Origin: a virus
Length of the DNA stretch: 64,000 bases
Direction: 5' to 3' (one strand)
Virus record (IMG/VR): IMGVR_UViG_3300032050_000036
Span: 49,499 to 113,498 of that record
Positions 1-9,662 of this stretch are shown here, piece after piece. A program made the translations under genes and the position numbers. The notes beneath the pieces were generated by a model. It saw only the letters and a program-made list of their open reading frames with translations, was not told the DNA's origin and made no database searches. How positions within the stretch are numbered: the first letter of the stretch is position 1; each line of letters begins with the position of its first letter.

Positions 1-1
1 T

Positions 2-130
2 TGCGGACACCATTATAATAAGGCAATGGATAACGCAATTGGATATGACAGTATGATGAAGTTTGCCATAGAAATTGTAGACGAAAGAGAACGTCTAATA
101 GAAAATAAATTAGTAGGTAGTGAAAATTAA
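2..130 (+). CDS. 3' end of hypothetical protein (CGHH motif), partial
   Basis: Open frame from window edge: CGHHYNKAM...VGSEN*; TAA overlaps the next ATG. Confidence 0.6.
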   Translation, partial: CGHHYNKAMDNAIGYDSMMKFAIEIVDERERLIENKLVGSEN

Positions 131-549
131 TGTATGAGTATAGAGTAAAAAACTTAACAAAAATTGTTGATGGCGATACAATCGATGTTGATATAGATCT
201 TGGGTTTAACATATCATATTCTCAAAGAGTTCGTCTTGCTGGAATAGATACCCCAGAATCAAGAACGGCAGATAAAATTGAAAAAAATTTAGGTCTTGAG
301 TCAAAAGAATATCTCAAAAACAAACTAAAGGATGCCAAAACAATAATAATTAAAACAGAAAAGCCAGACTCTTCGGAAAAGTATGGTCGTATTTTAGGTT
401 GGATTTATGCTGATGGAGACACGATTTCTATCAATGACCATATGATTGAAGACGGGTATGCTTGGGGATACTTGGGTGATACTAAGGTAAAAGATTTTGC
501 TGCGCTTGCTGCACAAAGAGAAAAGGCTAAAAATGGAAGAAATAAGTGA
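130..549 (+). CDS. Thermonuclease (SNase-like) family nuclease
   Basis: VDGDT, RVRLAGIDTPE, KYGRILG motifs. Confidence 0.9.
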   Translation: MYEYRVKNLTKIVDGDTIDVDIDLGFNISYSQRVRLAGIDTPESRTADKIEKNLGLESKEYLKNKLKDAKTIIIKTEKPDSSEKYGRILGWIYADGDTISINDHMIEDGYAWGYLGDTKVKDFAALAAQREKAKNGRNK

Positions 550-856
550 TTTTGATAAACTTTTGTTATCTGGAGTAATTGAACCAGCAGCGCTTGATTC
601 AAATACTGGGGAAATGCTTTATACTTTTTCTAAAAATTTAGAAGAAACAAATCCAGCATTACATAAATTAGTTATTGATAATTTTTATAAAACTTCTATT
701 AAACTTTGGGAATTAGGATTTTTAAATATGGATATAACAAATAGCAATCCATTAGTAGCATTAACGCCTTTTGCATTCAATGAAAATAAAATTAACCAAT
801 TGGATGAAGATTTACAGTTTGCCCTATCAGAAATCAAAAGAGGTTTAAATCAATAG
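533..856 (+). CDS. Hypothetical protein
   Basis: ORF in operon; ATG at 533 preferred over track start. Confidence 0.7.
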   Translation: MEEISDFDKLLLSGVIEPAALDSNTGEMLYTFSKNLEETNPALHKLVIDNFYKTSIKLWELGFLNMDITNSNPLVALTPFAFNENKINQLDEDLQFALSEIKRGLNQ

Positions 857-875
857 GGGAGTATAATTAGTGGTT

Positions 876-1304
876 ATGGACTATCTAATTGGATTTTTTA
901 TATGCATTTTTGTATTATATACTGTTGCAAAATTACAAATAAAATATAATATTTTAAAAGATCAAAAAGTTAAACCAATAAGGTATAGTCAAAGCCATGT
1001 GCACTCTCTTGTATTTCCTTTATTGCCAAAACCAGAAAAAATAAAAAAAATAATTAAAAGTCAGGCCTCTATTATTGATAAACAAAATCATATAAAAGTT
1101 ATAATAATGGATAATAAAGCGTATTGGATTAAAGATAATACATTTTATACAGCAGAAATGTCAATAGATGGAACTGTAGATAAGGATAGTACAACAAGAG
1201 TTGACACGGATAGTATGAGTAAGGTACAATTAGATAAGATGTTGTTCATTGTAGATAAACTTCGAGAAGGGACTTTTGATGATAGTGGGAGTGCAGGGGA
1301 CTAG
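876..1304 (+). CDS. Hypothetical protein with N-terminal membrane anchor
   Basis: Hydrophobic N-terminus; TATAAT at 862-867 just upstream. Confidence 0.7.
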   Translation: MDYLIGFFICIFVLYTVAKLQIKYNILKDQKVKPIRYSQSHVHSLVFPLLPKPEKIKKIIKSQASIIDKQNHIKVIIMDNKAYWIKDNTFYTAEMSIDGTVDKDSTTRVDTDSMSKVQLDKMLFIVDKLREGTFDDSGSAGD

Positions 1305-1629
1305 TAGTTTTGATGACTACCAGATCTTTCTTCGTGCTATTGGTGTTGCTCTTTCCAGTATAAGTAATCAGGATCCGTACTTTTATATATACACTGCTGG
1401 ACCAGCCAAGGTTAACTCTATGGTTATGGAGTTTGTAAACGTATCTGAGCGAAGCATGAAGTCACGTGGTCTTAAGATAAAGATGTATAAAGTTCCTCCA
1501 TCATGGATAGAGGAAAATATTTCTGACTTTAACTATTTAGCATTTCTTTCTAAACCGAAAGAGACAACATCTAGATTGGTTAAAGTGGCAGAAGAAAATA
1601 ATGTAGAAGTAGGAATATTTAGATACTAG
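1279..1629 (+). CDS. Hypothetical protein (possible SLOG/Rossmann-like fold)
   Basis: MIVGVQGTSSFDDY start; overlaps previous ORF. Confidence 0.6.
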   Translation: MIVGVQGTSSFDDYQIFLRAIGVALSSISNQDPYFYIYTAGPAKVNSMVMEFVNVSERSMKSRGLKIKMYKVPPSWIEENISDFNYLAFLSKPKETTSRLVKVAEENNVEVGIFRY

Positions 1630-1637
1630 GAGAAAAG

Positions 1638-1856
1638 ATGATAGTAAAAACATTAGAAGAGATGGAAAGCATAGTTTCAAATAATAAAAATTTATTTTGG
1701 GACGGATGGACCGTAGTAAGTAGACATCAATCAAATAAAGCAAAATCTTCTAAAGATGGAATATATCTAAATAATAAATGGTATATATCTAAAAGATTTG
1801 AACCGAATAGGGATGGATGGGACATACCAGAAAGACTTATCCATCAATATGCATAA
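1638..1856 (+). CDS. Hypothetical protein
   Basis: AGGAG RBS; LFWDGWTVV motif. Confidence 0.7.
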   Translation: MIVKTLEEMESIVSNNKNLFWDGWTVVSRHQSNKAKSSKDGIYLNNKWYISKRFEPNRDGWDIPERLIHQYA

Positions 1857-2130
1857 AAATAAATGGAAAGATAATGCGTTGTGTTTAGATTATGATACTA
1901 ATTTGTTTTTTGATAAATATGAAGAAGAGGTTTCATTTAGAGGTGCAATAGATAAGTTATGTCTTGAGTGTCCAGTTATAAAGACTTGCTTTGCAGTAGG
2001 AGTATCCGCTAAAGAGTGGGGTGTCTGGGGTGGTGTTTACTTGTCATCTGGAGAAGTCTCAAAAGAGTTTAATGAGCACAAAACAGAAGAAGTTTGGTCT
2101 GATATATGGAAAAAAATGGTGATAGACTAA
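1849..2130 (+). CDS. whiB: WhiB-family Fe-S transcription factor
   Basis: W...ALC...LFF...CLECPVIKTC...GVWGG: four Cys plus G(V/I)WGG turn. Confidence 0.92.
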   Translation: MHKNKWKDNALCLDYDTNLFFDKYEEEVSFRGAIDKLCLECPVIKTCFAVGVSAKEWGVWGGVYLSSGEVSKEFNEHKTEEVWSDIWKKMVID

Positions 2131-2134
2131 AAAT

Positions 2135-3499
2135 ATGGCAAAAATAATTATTTTTGATTTAGATGGGGTTTTAATAGATAGCAAAGATATTCACTATAAC
2201 GCACTAAATAAAGCATTATGTGATATTGATGCTAAATATAAAATATCTTTTGAGGATCATATTAAAATATATAATGGTTTGCCTACTAAAGAAAAACTAA
2301 AAATACTTTCAGAAAAAACTAATTTAGATAAAAGTACATTTGATATTATTAATAAAAATAAACAAAGTTATACATTCGACATGCTTAACGATGTTTCTGA
2401 AGATATAGAATTAATAGAGTTATTTAAATTAATTAAAAATAATAATATAAAAATATGTGTTGCTAGTAATAGTATAAGAAAAACAGTTGAACTAATTTTA
2501 ACTAAGTTAAATATTATTGATCTAGTAGATTATATTGTTAGTAATGAAGATGTAAAAAATCCAAAACCATCCCCCGAGATGTATTGGAAGTGCATGTCAG
2601 AATTCAATACAATACCAAAAGATGTTGTTATATTTGAAGATAGCATAATTGGTAAAATTGCCGTTCTAGATAGTGGTGCCAGCCTTGTTGAGATTAAAGA
2701 TAGAAAAGATCTAACCTTAGAAAAAATAAATAATGCTATAAATATTTTAAAATATTCCAAACATTCTGTCTTAAATAAAAAAATAAATATTGTAATACCA
2801 ATGGCTGGAAAAGGTAGCAGATTTTTAGATGCAGGTTTTTCATTTCCAAAACCATTAATAGATATAAATGGTATGCCAATGATAGAGTTAGTTGTAAATA
2901 ATATTGCACTAGAAGGAAACTATATATTTATAGTAAGAAAAGATCATTATGAAAAATATAATTTGCTTGAAATGTTAACAAGAATTGTTCCCGATTGCAA
3001 AATTATAACTGTTGACGAGGAGCAAAGCGGGGCAGCATCAACCTGCTTATATGCAAAAAATTACATAAATACAGAGGATCCGTTATTTATTATAAATTCT
3101 GATCAATATATAGATTGGAATCCTAAAGAATTTTTATACAATAATGTAATAAAAAATTTAGACGGATCAATATTGTTGTTTAAGTCTACTCATCCAAAAT
3201 GGTCTTATGCAAAATTAGATGAATTCGGCATGGTAGTAGAAGTTGCCGAAAAGGTAGTTATAAGTGACAATGCTACTGTCGGTGGATATTACTGGGGAAG
3301 TGGACACAATTTTGTTAAATACGCAGAACAAATGATAGAAAAAAATATTCGTGTAAATAATGAATTTTATGTGTGTCCAGTATACAATGAGGCAATAAAA
3401 GATAACAAAAAAATTGGATCATATTTTATTAATAAAATGTATGGATTGGGCACACCAGAAGATTTAGAAAAGTTTATGAGGTTTTATAATAATGATTAA
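2135..3499 (+). CDS. HAD phosphatase fused to sugar-phosphate nucleotidyltransferase-like domain
   Basis: FDLDGV, KPSP, FEDS (HAD); IPMAGKGSRF...PKPLI, GLGTPEDL (NTase). Confidence 0.88.
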   Translation: MAKIIIFDLDGVLIDSKDIHYNALNKALCDIDAKYKISFEDHIKIYNGLPTKEKLKILSEKTNLDKSTFDIINKNKQSYTFDMLNDVSEDIELIELFKLIKNNNIKICVASNSIRKTVELILTKLNIIDLVDYIVSNEDVKNPKPSPEMYWKCMSEFNTIPKDVVIFEDSIIGKIAVLDSGASLVEIKDRKDLTLEKINNAINILKYSKHSVLNKKINIVIPMAGKGSRFLDAGFSFPKPLIDINGMPMIELVVNNIALEGNYIFIVRKDHYEKYNLLEMLTRIVPDCKIITVDEEQSGAASTCLYAKNYINTEDPLFIINSDQYIDWNPKEFLYNNVIKNLDGSILLFKSTHPKWSYAKLDEFGMVVEVAEKVVISDNATVGGYYWGSGHNFVKYAEQMIEKNIRVNNEFYVCPVYNEAIKDNKKIGSYFINKMYGLGTPEDLEKFMRFYNND

Positions 3500-3932
3500 A
3501 ATATCACATAGAGGAAATCTTTATGGTAAAAACACATCAAGGGAAAATTCTCCAGAATATATTATTGAGGCCATAAATGCTGGATATGACGTTGAAATAG
3601 ATTTTTGGGTTATAAATAATAAAATGTATTTGGGACATGACGAGCCTACATATGAAGTAGATATGTATTTTATAAATTCTTATATTAAAAAGTTATGGCT
3701 TCATTGTAAAAATTTAGAAGCCTTAGACTTAGTTTTGTCAATGCCAAAATATTATAATGCGTTTTGGCATCAAGAAGATAATTTTACAATAACTACAAAT
3801 CATTTTATATGGACATATCCTGGAATGCCAGTTAAATCAAAAAGTATTTTAGTACACAAAGATATGCCGACCAAAAATATTCTAGATCAAGAGATGGCTG
3901 GCATTTGTAGTGATTTTATAGGTAGGATATAA
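3492..3932 (+). CDS. GDPD/PI-PLC-like phosphodiesterase
   Basis: ISHRGN, EN, DVEID, LGHD, GICSD motifs. Confidence 0.8.
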   Translation: MIKISHRGNLYGKNTSRENSPEYIIEAINAGYDVEIDFWVINNKMYLGHDEPTYEVDMYFINSYIKKLWLHCKNLEALDLVLSMPKYYNAFWHQEDNFTITTNHFIWTYPGMPVKSKSILVHKDMPTKNILDQEMAGICSDFIGRI

Positions 3933-3933
3933 A

Positions 3934-4524
3934 ATGGAAAATAGAATATTATATGGACATAAAACTCAGCCAAAATTATTAGAAAATTTTAATTTTAAAT
4001 ATATAAAAAATTTTGATATTTTTAAAATTAAAAACGAAATATTATTATTTGATAAAGAGTGGAATGAAGACTCCTCTAGACAAGAAAAATATGCTGCTCA
4101 TTCTAAAACATTTTCTTATTTTTGTTATGATTATTCAGAGTTTTCTCAACAAGATGAAGCATATACACTACAAACCAAAACAACAAATGATAAAGTATTG
4201 GAACTAGTAGAGCCTATCATTAAAGATTTGGAAGAAATTCATAAAGGTAAAAGAGGAAAAGTTCTTTTTATAAAATTGCCGTCTCGGTGCGAAATTAATA
4301 TACACAGAGATAGAGGATATTATTTAGGAATAATAAGAAGGCATCATATACCAATAATAACCAACAATGAATGTATTTTTGAGGTTAACTGTGATATGCT
4401 TAATATGTTGGAGGGAGAGTGTTGGGAAATAAATAATTCAAAATATCATTATGTTAACAATAATGGTGAAACAGATAGAGTTCATCTAATGATAGATATT
4501 ATTCCTAACAAATTTATAAAATGA
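3934..4524 (+). CDS. Aspartyl/asparaginyl beta-hydroxylase-like 2OG-Fe(II) oxygenase
   Basis: HRD, RHHIPI, WEINN..HYV.N...RVHLMID. Confidence 0.85.
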   Translation: MENRILYGHKTQPKLLENFNFKYIKNFDIFKIKNEILLFDKEWNEDSSRQEKYAAHSKTFSYFCYDYSEFSQQDEAYTLQTKTTNDKVLELVEPIIKDLEEIHKGKRGKVLFIKLPSRCEINIHRDRGYYLGIIRRHHIPIITNNECIFEVNCDMLNMLEGECWEINNSKYHYVNNNGETDRVHLMIDIIPNKFIK

Positions 4525-5282
4525 TAATACAAATTATAGGGCTTCCTGGCTCTGGTAAAACAGAATTAGCAAAAGCATTAAAAGAACGTATAAATGCCAT
4601 CCATCTTAATGCAGATGAAGTTCGTGCTACAGTAAATTCTGATCTTGGATTTAGCCATGAAGATAGAATTGAACAAGCAAGACGAATGGGTGAAATGGCT
4701 CGCCTGATATCAAAACAGGGAGTTGCTCCCGTTGTTGTAGATTTTGTTTGCCCTACAGAATTAACTCGTGCAGCGTTTGGTAGACCAGACATTTTGATCT
4801 ACATGGAAACAATTGACGAAGGTAGATTTGAAGATACTAATAAAATGTTTGAAACCCCAAGTGATTTTGATATGGCTTTTATCAGTCATGAATGGAATGC
4901 AAACGAAAAAGCAACAGTAATAATTAAACAGTTTAACTTACATGATTGGTCTGCGCCCACAACACTAATGCTAGGCAGGTATCAACCATGGCACGAAGGT
5001 CACCATGCATTGTATAAAGAGGCGGGGAAGCGAACAGATCAGGTACTTCTTGGAGTACGTAATACATACAATACAAGCGAAAAAGACCCACTAACATTTG
5101 ATCAGGTAAAGAATTATATCTCAAAGGATGAATTCATGGATGGTGCGATGGTATTAAGGCTGCCTAATATTACAAACATTGTTTATGGTCGTGATGTTGG
5201 ATATAAGATTGAGCAAGTAGATTTGGGGGCAGAGATTCATGCTATATCGGCTACGCAAAAACGTAAAGAAATGGGTATCTAA
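4521..5282 (+). CDS. Adenylylsulfate kinase-like P-loop kinase fused to HxGH nucleotidyltransferase domain
   Basis: GLPGSGKT, ADEVR...DLGFSHEDR; GRYQPWHEGH and ISAT. Confidence 0.85.
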   Translation: MIIQIIGLPGSGKTELAKALKERINAIHLNADEVRATVNSDLGFSHEDRIEQARRMGEMARLISKQGVAPVVVDFVCPTELTRAAFGRPDILIYMETIDEGRFEDTNKMFETPSDFDMAFISHEWNANEKATVIIKQFNLHDWSAPTTLMLGRYQPWHEGHHALYKEAGKRTDQVLLGVRNTYNTSEKDPLTFDQVKNYISKDEFMDGAMVLRLPNITNIVYGRDVGYKIEQVDLGAEIHAISATQKRKEMGI

Positions 5283-5327
5283 GTTGTGGGACTGGTTTAC
5301 TAAACCAAATAATATGGAGTGGCCATC

Positions 5328-5531
5328 ATGAATGTATCCAAACAAAGATCAGCACTAAAGGCCATTACTTGGCGGATTATTGGAACAGCAGATACTTTTT
5401 TATTGTCATGGCTAATAACAAAGGAACCAGTTACTGCTGGAGCAATCGCTAGTCTTGAAGTTATTACTAAGACTATTCTTTATTACTTGCATGAACGTGG
5501 ATGGAATAAAATACAGTGGGGTAGAAAATAA
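5328..5531 (+). CDS. DUF2061-like small membrane protein
   Basis: RSALKAITWR...YYLHERGW. Confidence 0.85.
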   Translation: MNVSKQRSALKAITWRIIGTADTFLLSWLITKEPVTAGAIASLEVITKTILYYLHERGWNKIQWGRK

Positions 5532-5767
5532 TGTATACACAAGAGATGGCTCGTGCTTTCAGATCTTTAGATCATTTTTGCCCTAAAGGATTTAAATTAA
5601 CTATTATAGATAATGATAATTTTATTACAGTAAAGGCTGCTGAAAAAGATTTCGTTTCGCTACTTGACAGAGATAAGAGACTTGCTGTAGAATATATGAT
5701 AAGGGTTAAAAAGGCTTTAGAAGATAATGGAGCCATAGTTTTATTAACTAGGGAAGGTGGATCATAA
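5531..5767 (+). CDS. Hypothetical protein
   Basis: Translationally coupled ORF. Confidence 0.7.
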   Translation: MYTQEMARAFRSLDHFCPKGFKLTIIDNDNFITVKAAEKDFVSLLDRDKRLAVEYMIRVKKALEDNGAIVLLTREGGS

Positions 5768-5897
5768 AACCTAAACTTATAATGCCTTTAATCGCATTTC
5801 TTGCGCTTGTGGCAACAATATCATTTTGGATTAAACAGTTGACAAAAATTGAAGACTTTGATATATTTGGAGATATAGAAGACGAGGAAGATCTATA

Positions 5898-6395
5898 ATG
5901 CAAACATTTTTACCACAATCGGATTATCGTGTATCTGCTGCTATTTTAGATAGTAAGCGTTTAAATAAGCAAATCTTAGAATGTTATCAAATTCTCAATG
6001 TGCTATCTGGTAAATCTCCTACTGGTGGTTGGCGTAATCATCCAGCAGTTCTGATGTGGAAAGGATTTGAGCGAGGACTTTGGAACTATGTTCAGGCTAT
6101 GATTTTAGAAGCCAAACGCCGTGGTATTAAAACAGAAAATAACGAAATTAATCTTAATAAATTAAAAGACTTATGCTGGGATAATTGGGGCAATCAAATA
6201 CCTAATTATTTTCAAGATGAAAATAAGTTAATTCGTATTATAACTACTCATCGTGCTAATTTATTTAATAAAGATCCACTGTATTACGCATCATTTCAAT
6301 ATGCTACAACTAGTTTAAACAATTTGCCATGCTGTCCTAATCGTAAAGAACCATGCAAGTATTATTGGCCAACACACGAGGCATCTTATGCTTGA
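5898..6395 (+). CDS. Pyrimidine-dimer DNA glycosylase / endonuclease V-like protein
   Basis: MQTFLP...LDSKRLNKQILE...HPAVLMW...HRANL. Confidence 0.85.
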   Translation: MQTFLPQSDYRVSAAILDSKRLNKQILECYQILNVLSGKSPTGGWRNHPAVLMWKGFERGLWNYVQAMILEAKRRGIKTENNEINLNKLKDLCWDNWGNQIPNYFQDENKLIRIITTHRANLFNKDPLYYASFQYATTSLNNLPCCPNRKEPCKYYWPTHEASYA

Positions 6396-6795
6396 TTTGC
6401 TAATTTTTATATTGGTTGTTTTAGTAATTACTGGTATTTTAATAGAAAACATTAGGATAAAAAATAATAACAGAGAATTATTATTTTCATTGACACAATT
6501 AAGCCTAGACAATGATGCAATAAAGAAAAAAATAACATCATCAGAAGATGTTGAAAAGGATCATCTTATAAAGTTTTTATCTGAAACTAGAGAAGATTCA
6601 TATCAATTTATAGAAAAGTTTCAACAAGAACTTAAAAATTTTAAAAAAGAATTACATCCGCATGTTGCATACTATAATGAATTTGGAATTCTTTCGGAAC
6701 AGTATGATATTTATTCTAGCATGTCTAAAAAATTTGTTGAATATTATGAAAAATTATTAAAGTTTTTACCAGAAGAAAAAAATAATGGACGCTAG
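6388..6795 (+). CDS. Hypothetical membrane-anchored protein
   Basis: N-terminal TM segment; coupled ORF. Confidence 0.7.
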   Translation: MLDLLIFILVVLVITGILIENIRIKNNNRELLFSLTQLSLDNDAIKKKITSSEDVEKDHLIKFLSETREDSYQFIEKFQQELKNFKKELHPHVAYYNEFGILSEQYDIYSSMSKKFVEYYEKLLKFLPEEKNNGR

Positions 6796-6970
6796 AGGAA
6801 TACCAACATGCTCTTGTCCTCAATGTGGTTGTCCATATTTTAAGGCTGTAATTCAGTTCGATCCTACAGATTATGAGATAGGATTATATTTTTTGGACGG
6901 GGAATGTAAAGATTGTGGAACATTGGTAACACTACCAACTCCAATAGACAAGATAAAGGAAAAGGAATAA
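6785..6970 (+). CDS. Small zinc-ribbon protein
   Basis: CPQCG...CKDCG. Confidence 0.7.
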   Translation: MDARGIPTCSCPQCGCPYFKAVIQFDPTDYEIGLYFLDGECKDCGTLVTLPTPIDKIKEKE

Positions 6971-7128
6971 TGAAAGAAATATTGTTGTCAATTATTACTG
7001 GTTTTGGATGCGGTGTAATTTTTGCAGCATTTAAATTGCCAGTCCCAGCGCCACCAGTATTTGCTGGAGTTGCTGGTATAATAGGGTTATGGCTTGGCTA
7101 TGATGTCATAACCAAAGTCATATCCTAG
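6970..7128 (+). CDS. XapX/DUF1427-like small membrane protein
   Basis: LPVPAPP..AGVAGI.GLWLGY; AAGGA RBS. Confidence 0.8.
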   Translation: MKEILLSIITGFGCGVIFAAFKLPVPAPPVFAGVAGIIGLWLGYDVITKVIS

Positions 7129-7137
7129 GAGGAAAAA

Positions 7138-7431
7138 ATGAACATGTTAAAAGAAGAGCACAAAAAGATGCTCGCATCGTACGGACGCTCTGTCCTTGCT
7201 GGTGTTGCAGCACTGTATGTTGCTGGAGTAACTGATCCAAAAGAACTTTGGGCAGCACTTGTAGCAGCGATTGCCCCAGTGGCACTAAGAGCGTTGAATC
7301 CAAACGATTCAGCATTTGGCCGTATGCCTGCAGCAAAGGCTGTAGATGAAGCACTGAAGGCAATTAAGAAGCCAGTAAAGAAATCTGCAAAAAAGTCTTC
7401 TGGTGGCGGATCTACACACAATATGCTATAA
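7138..7431 (+). CDS. Holin-like membrane protein
   Basis: AGGAGG RBS; two hydrophobic helices, basic C-terminal tail. Confidence 0.55.
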   Translation: MNMLKEEHKKMLASYGRSVLAGVAALYVAGVTDPKELWAALVAAIAPVALRALNPNDSAFGRMPAAKAVDEALKAIKKPVKKSAKKSSGGGSTHNML

Positions 7432-7449
7432 AGCATTAAGTATAAGATT

Positions 7450-7482
7450 AGGCGGTTGTTATATTTGACAGCCGCTTTTTCT
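7450..7482 (+). terminator. Intrinsic terminator
   Basis: GGCGGTTGT/ACAGCCGC hairpin followed by T-run. Confidence 0.75.
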
Positions 7483-7550
7483 TATGCTATAATAAAAACA
7501 TACCTGCCCGAAGGGGGGTATACATTGAACTCGCTTAACAAGGAGGAAAC

Positions 7551-7970
7551 ATGGTAAGTTCATTTGCATTGGATCTTTTTAAGGATCCATTTTTTATTGG
7601 TTTCAACAGAGAGTTGGACCGTTTTTCTAATATCCATCGTGAGGCAACTCGTCAATCTTATCCACCATATGATGTGGTAAAACTTGATGAGGACACTTAC
7701 AAGTTATCTTTGGCCATTGCTGGTTTCAGCAAGGACGAAGTTGAGGTTTCTGTGGATAATGGAAGTTTAATTATCAAGGGTGAGAAAACCGAAGAAGAGA
7801 ACACTAATGTTCTACATAAGGGTATCGCAACTCGCAAATTCACACGCACCTTTGCTCTTGGAGAGTATATGGAGGTTGATCGTGCTGAAATGGCAGACGG
7901 TATTCTTAGCGTCTTTGTGGAAAGAAACATCCCCGAAGAAAAGAAACCAAAAACTATTAAAATCAAGTAA
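7551..7970 (+). CDS. Small heat-shock protein (Hsp20/IbpA-like)
   Basis: YPPYD, AIAGF, HKGIATRKFTRTF, DGIL. Confidence 0.95.
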   Translation: MVSSFALDLFKDPFFIGFNRELDRFSNIHREATRQSYPPYDVVKLDEDTYKLSLAIAGFSKDEVEVSVDNGSLIIKGEKTEEENTNVLHKGIATRKFTRTFALGEYMEVDRAEMADGILSVFVERNIPEEKKPKTIKIK

Positions 7971-7990
7971 ATAAAAGTATTGTCATACTG

Positions 7991-8018
7991 CCACCTGAGC
8001 ATGTGGATAAAAGGCTCA
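7991..8018 (+). ncRNA. H-type pseudoknot motif copy 1 (3' of hsp20)
   Basis: CCAC-CTGAGCAT-GTGG-ATAAAAG-GCTCA. Confidence 0.65.
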
Positions 8019-8081
8019 TTATTCATTTATAATTTGCTTTAAATTAATATACATTTTAAAAACATAAGATACTCTTATAAC

Positions 8082-9095
8082 ATGAAACTTAAAGTCTTTA
8101 TTATTTCTTTAGTGCTTTTATTAGGCACTTTTACTAATTCAGCAGCACAAGCAACAGATTTAAAAGGTGCTGGATCTACCTTCTCTGCAAACTTTATAGA
8201 TAAGTGCAGAGTAATGTATGGACAACAAACAGGAAAAGTTTTAAACTATACACCAAATGGTTCTGGAGCAGGAAGAAATTTTTTTAATAATAAACTTGTA
8301 GATTTTGCTGTATCAGATACACCATACTCAAGTCTGGATAGAAAACCTTCTGAAAACTTTGTATATGTTCCATTGGTTGCTGGTCCAGTAGCAGTTGTTT
8401 ATAATCTAAAAGACTATAGAATAACTCTCAAACTAACCAAGCAAGTAGTAGCAAAAATATTTGCTGGAGAAATTACAATGTGGAACGATCCAGAAATTCA
8501 AAAACTTAATGTTGGAAAATTACCAAAGACAAAAATAACAGTATTGTATAGAATAGATGGATCTGGCACTTCTGAAGTGTTTACATCTTACCTAAATTCA
8601 GTTGCTCCAAACATTTGGACTAAACCAGGAAACAAAACTTTCTCAACAGCATTTCCAGGTAATATAAATAATTATGTTGGAGCGTTTCAATCTGCAAGCG
8701 GATCAACTCAGATTGCATTTTTGCAGTCTACACTTAATGGATCTATTTCATATAATGAAGTTTCTTATGCTAAAGGATTTAAGTCTGCTTCAATTGAAAA
8801 TGAGGCTGGTAGATTTACTAATCCTACCCCTTCTGCAGCAGCATCATTTTTATCTAACTTTAAATTTAACCAAGATGGGTCTGCCGTATTAGATTATAAA
8901 AATACTAATAAACTTGCATATAACATATCAACTTTTGCATATGGTGTTGCCTATACTAATAGTGGATCAAATGCTGCAACAGTTAGAGAGTTTTTGACAT
9001 TTGCTATAACAAAATGTAATAAAATAGAAGGATATGCTCCAATTACTGGAAATGCCCTTAAAGTTGCAAAAGCACAAATAGCAAAGATAAAGTAG
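8082..9095 (+). CDS. pstS: Phosphate ABC transporter substrate-binding protein
   Basis: GAGSTF, GSGAG, DFAVSD, R.DGSGTS motifs; signal peptide. Confidence 0.92.
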   Translation: MKLKVFIISLVLLLGTFTNSAAQATDLKGAGSTFSANFIDKCRVMYGQQTGKVLNYTPNGSGAGRNFFNNKLVDFAVSDTPYSSLDRKPSENFVYVPLVAGPVAVVYNLKDYRITLKLTKQVVAKIFAGEITMWNDPEIQKLNVGKLPKTKITVLYRIDGSGTSEVFTSYLNSVAPNIWTKPGNKTFSTAFPGNINNYVGAFQSASGSTQIAFLQSTLNGSISYNEVSYAKGFKSASIENEAGRFTNPTPSAAASFLSNFKFNQDGSAVLDYKNTNKLAYNISTFAYGVAYTNSGSNAATVREFLTFAITKCNKIEGYAPITGNALKVAKAQIAKIK

Positions 9096-9107
9096 TATAA
9101 TTGTAAT

Positions 9108-9187
9108 AGTCCTCCGTAGGACCTTGGGATGATTAGTTACCATCTTATTTAACCTGGCCATCGTGCCTGAATTTCCTGCGGGGGATT
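9108..9187 (+). ncRNA. Putative structured small RNA
   Basis: 14-bp terminal stem 9108-9121/9174-9187 enclosing two hairpins; TATAAT at 9096-9101. Confidence 0.6.
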
Positions 9188-9216
9188 TATAATTCCCCTG
9201 TATAATAATCTTATCT

Positions 9217-9480
9217 ATGACTGACAAAGAACTTCATAGGCAAAAACAGGCTTACAAGAAAAGACTGACAGAAATAAAACAGTCTAGCGGATGTGTAGAC
9301 TGCGGAGAAACAAATCCAATTGTTTTAGATTTTGATCATCTTAAAGACAAAAAATATAATGTTTCAAGAATGATTCACGATGGATTTTCCTGGAAGGCTA
9401 TCAAAAAAGAAATAGATAAGTGTGAAGTTGTTTGTGCTAATTGTCACAGGATAAGAACTCACTATAGGCTTATTAATTAA
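9217..9480 (+). CDS. HNH endonuclease
   Basis: CVDC, LDFDH, CANCH. Confidence 0.88.
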   Translation: MTDKELHRQKQAYKKRLTEIKQSSGCVDCGETNPIVLDFDHLKDKKYNVSRMIHDGFSWKAIKKEIDKCEVVCANCHRIRTHYRLIN

Positions 9481-9485
9481 TTATT

Positions 9486-9662
9486 TTAAGAATTTTTAAT
9501 ATCTGTAATTATTGCATCTGCAAGTTCTTTACTAAAATGTACGTGCCCCGAGGCCAATTTTTCAAATGCTGGTGATAATTTTACAATAATGTTATTTTTT
9601 GTAATTTCCATTATTTGGTGTACAAGAATTTCTGCCTGTTGCTGTGATGTTAGTTCTTCCAT
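9486..9662 (-). CDS. Small hypothetical protein (58 aa, not in ORF track)
   Basis: MEELTSQQQAEIL...; TGATATAAT 6 nt before ATG. Confidence 0.6.
   Translation of the reverse strand: MEELTSQQQAEILVHQIMEITKNNIIVKLSPAFEKLASGHVHFSKELADAIITDIKNS

Noticed and set aside
8002-8010. Single DnaA box TGTGGATAA
   Set aside because: Unpaired and explained by stem 1 of pseudoknot copy 1
8015-8080. Possible PHO box upstream of pstS
   Set aside because: Only weak AT-rich 11-bp periodicity; no clear GTTCA repeats
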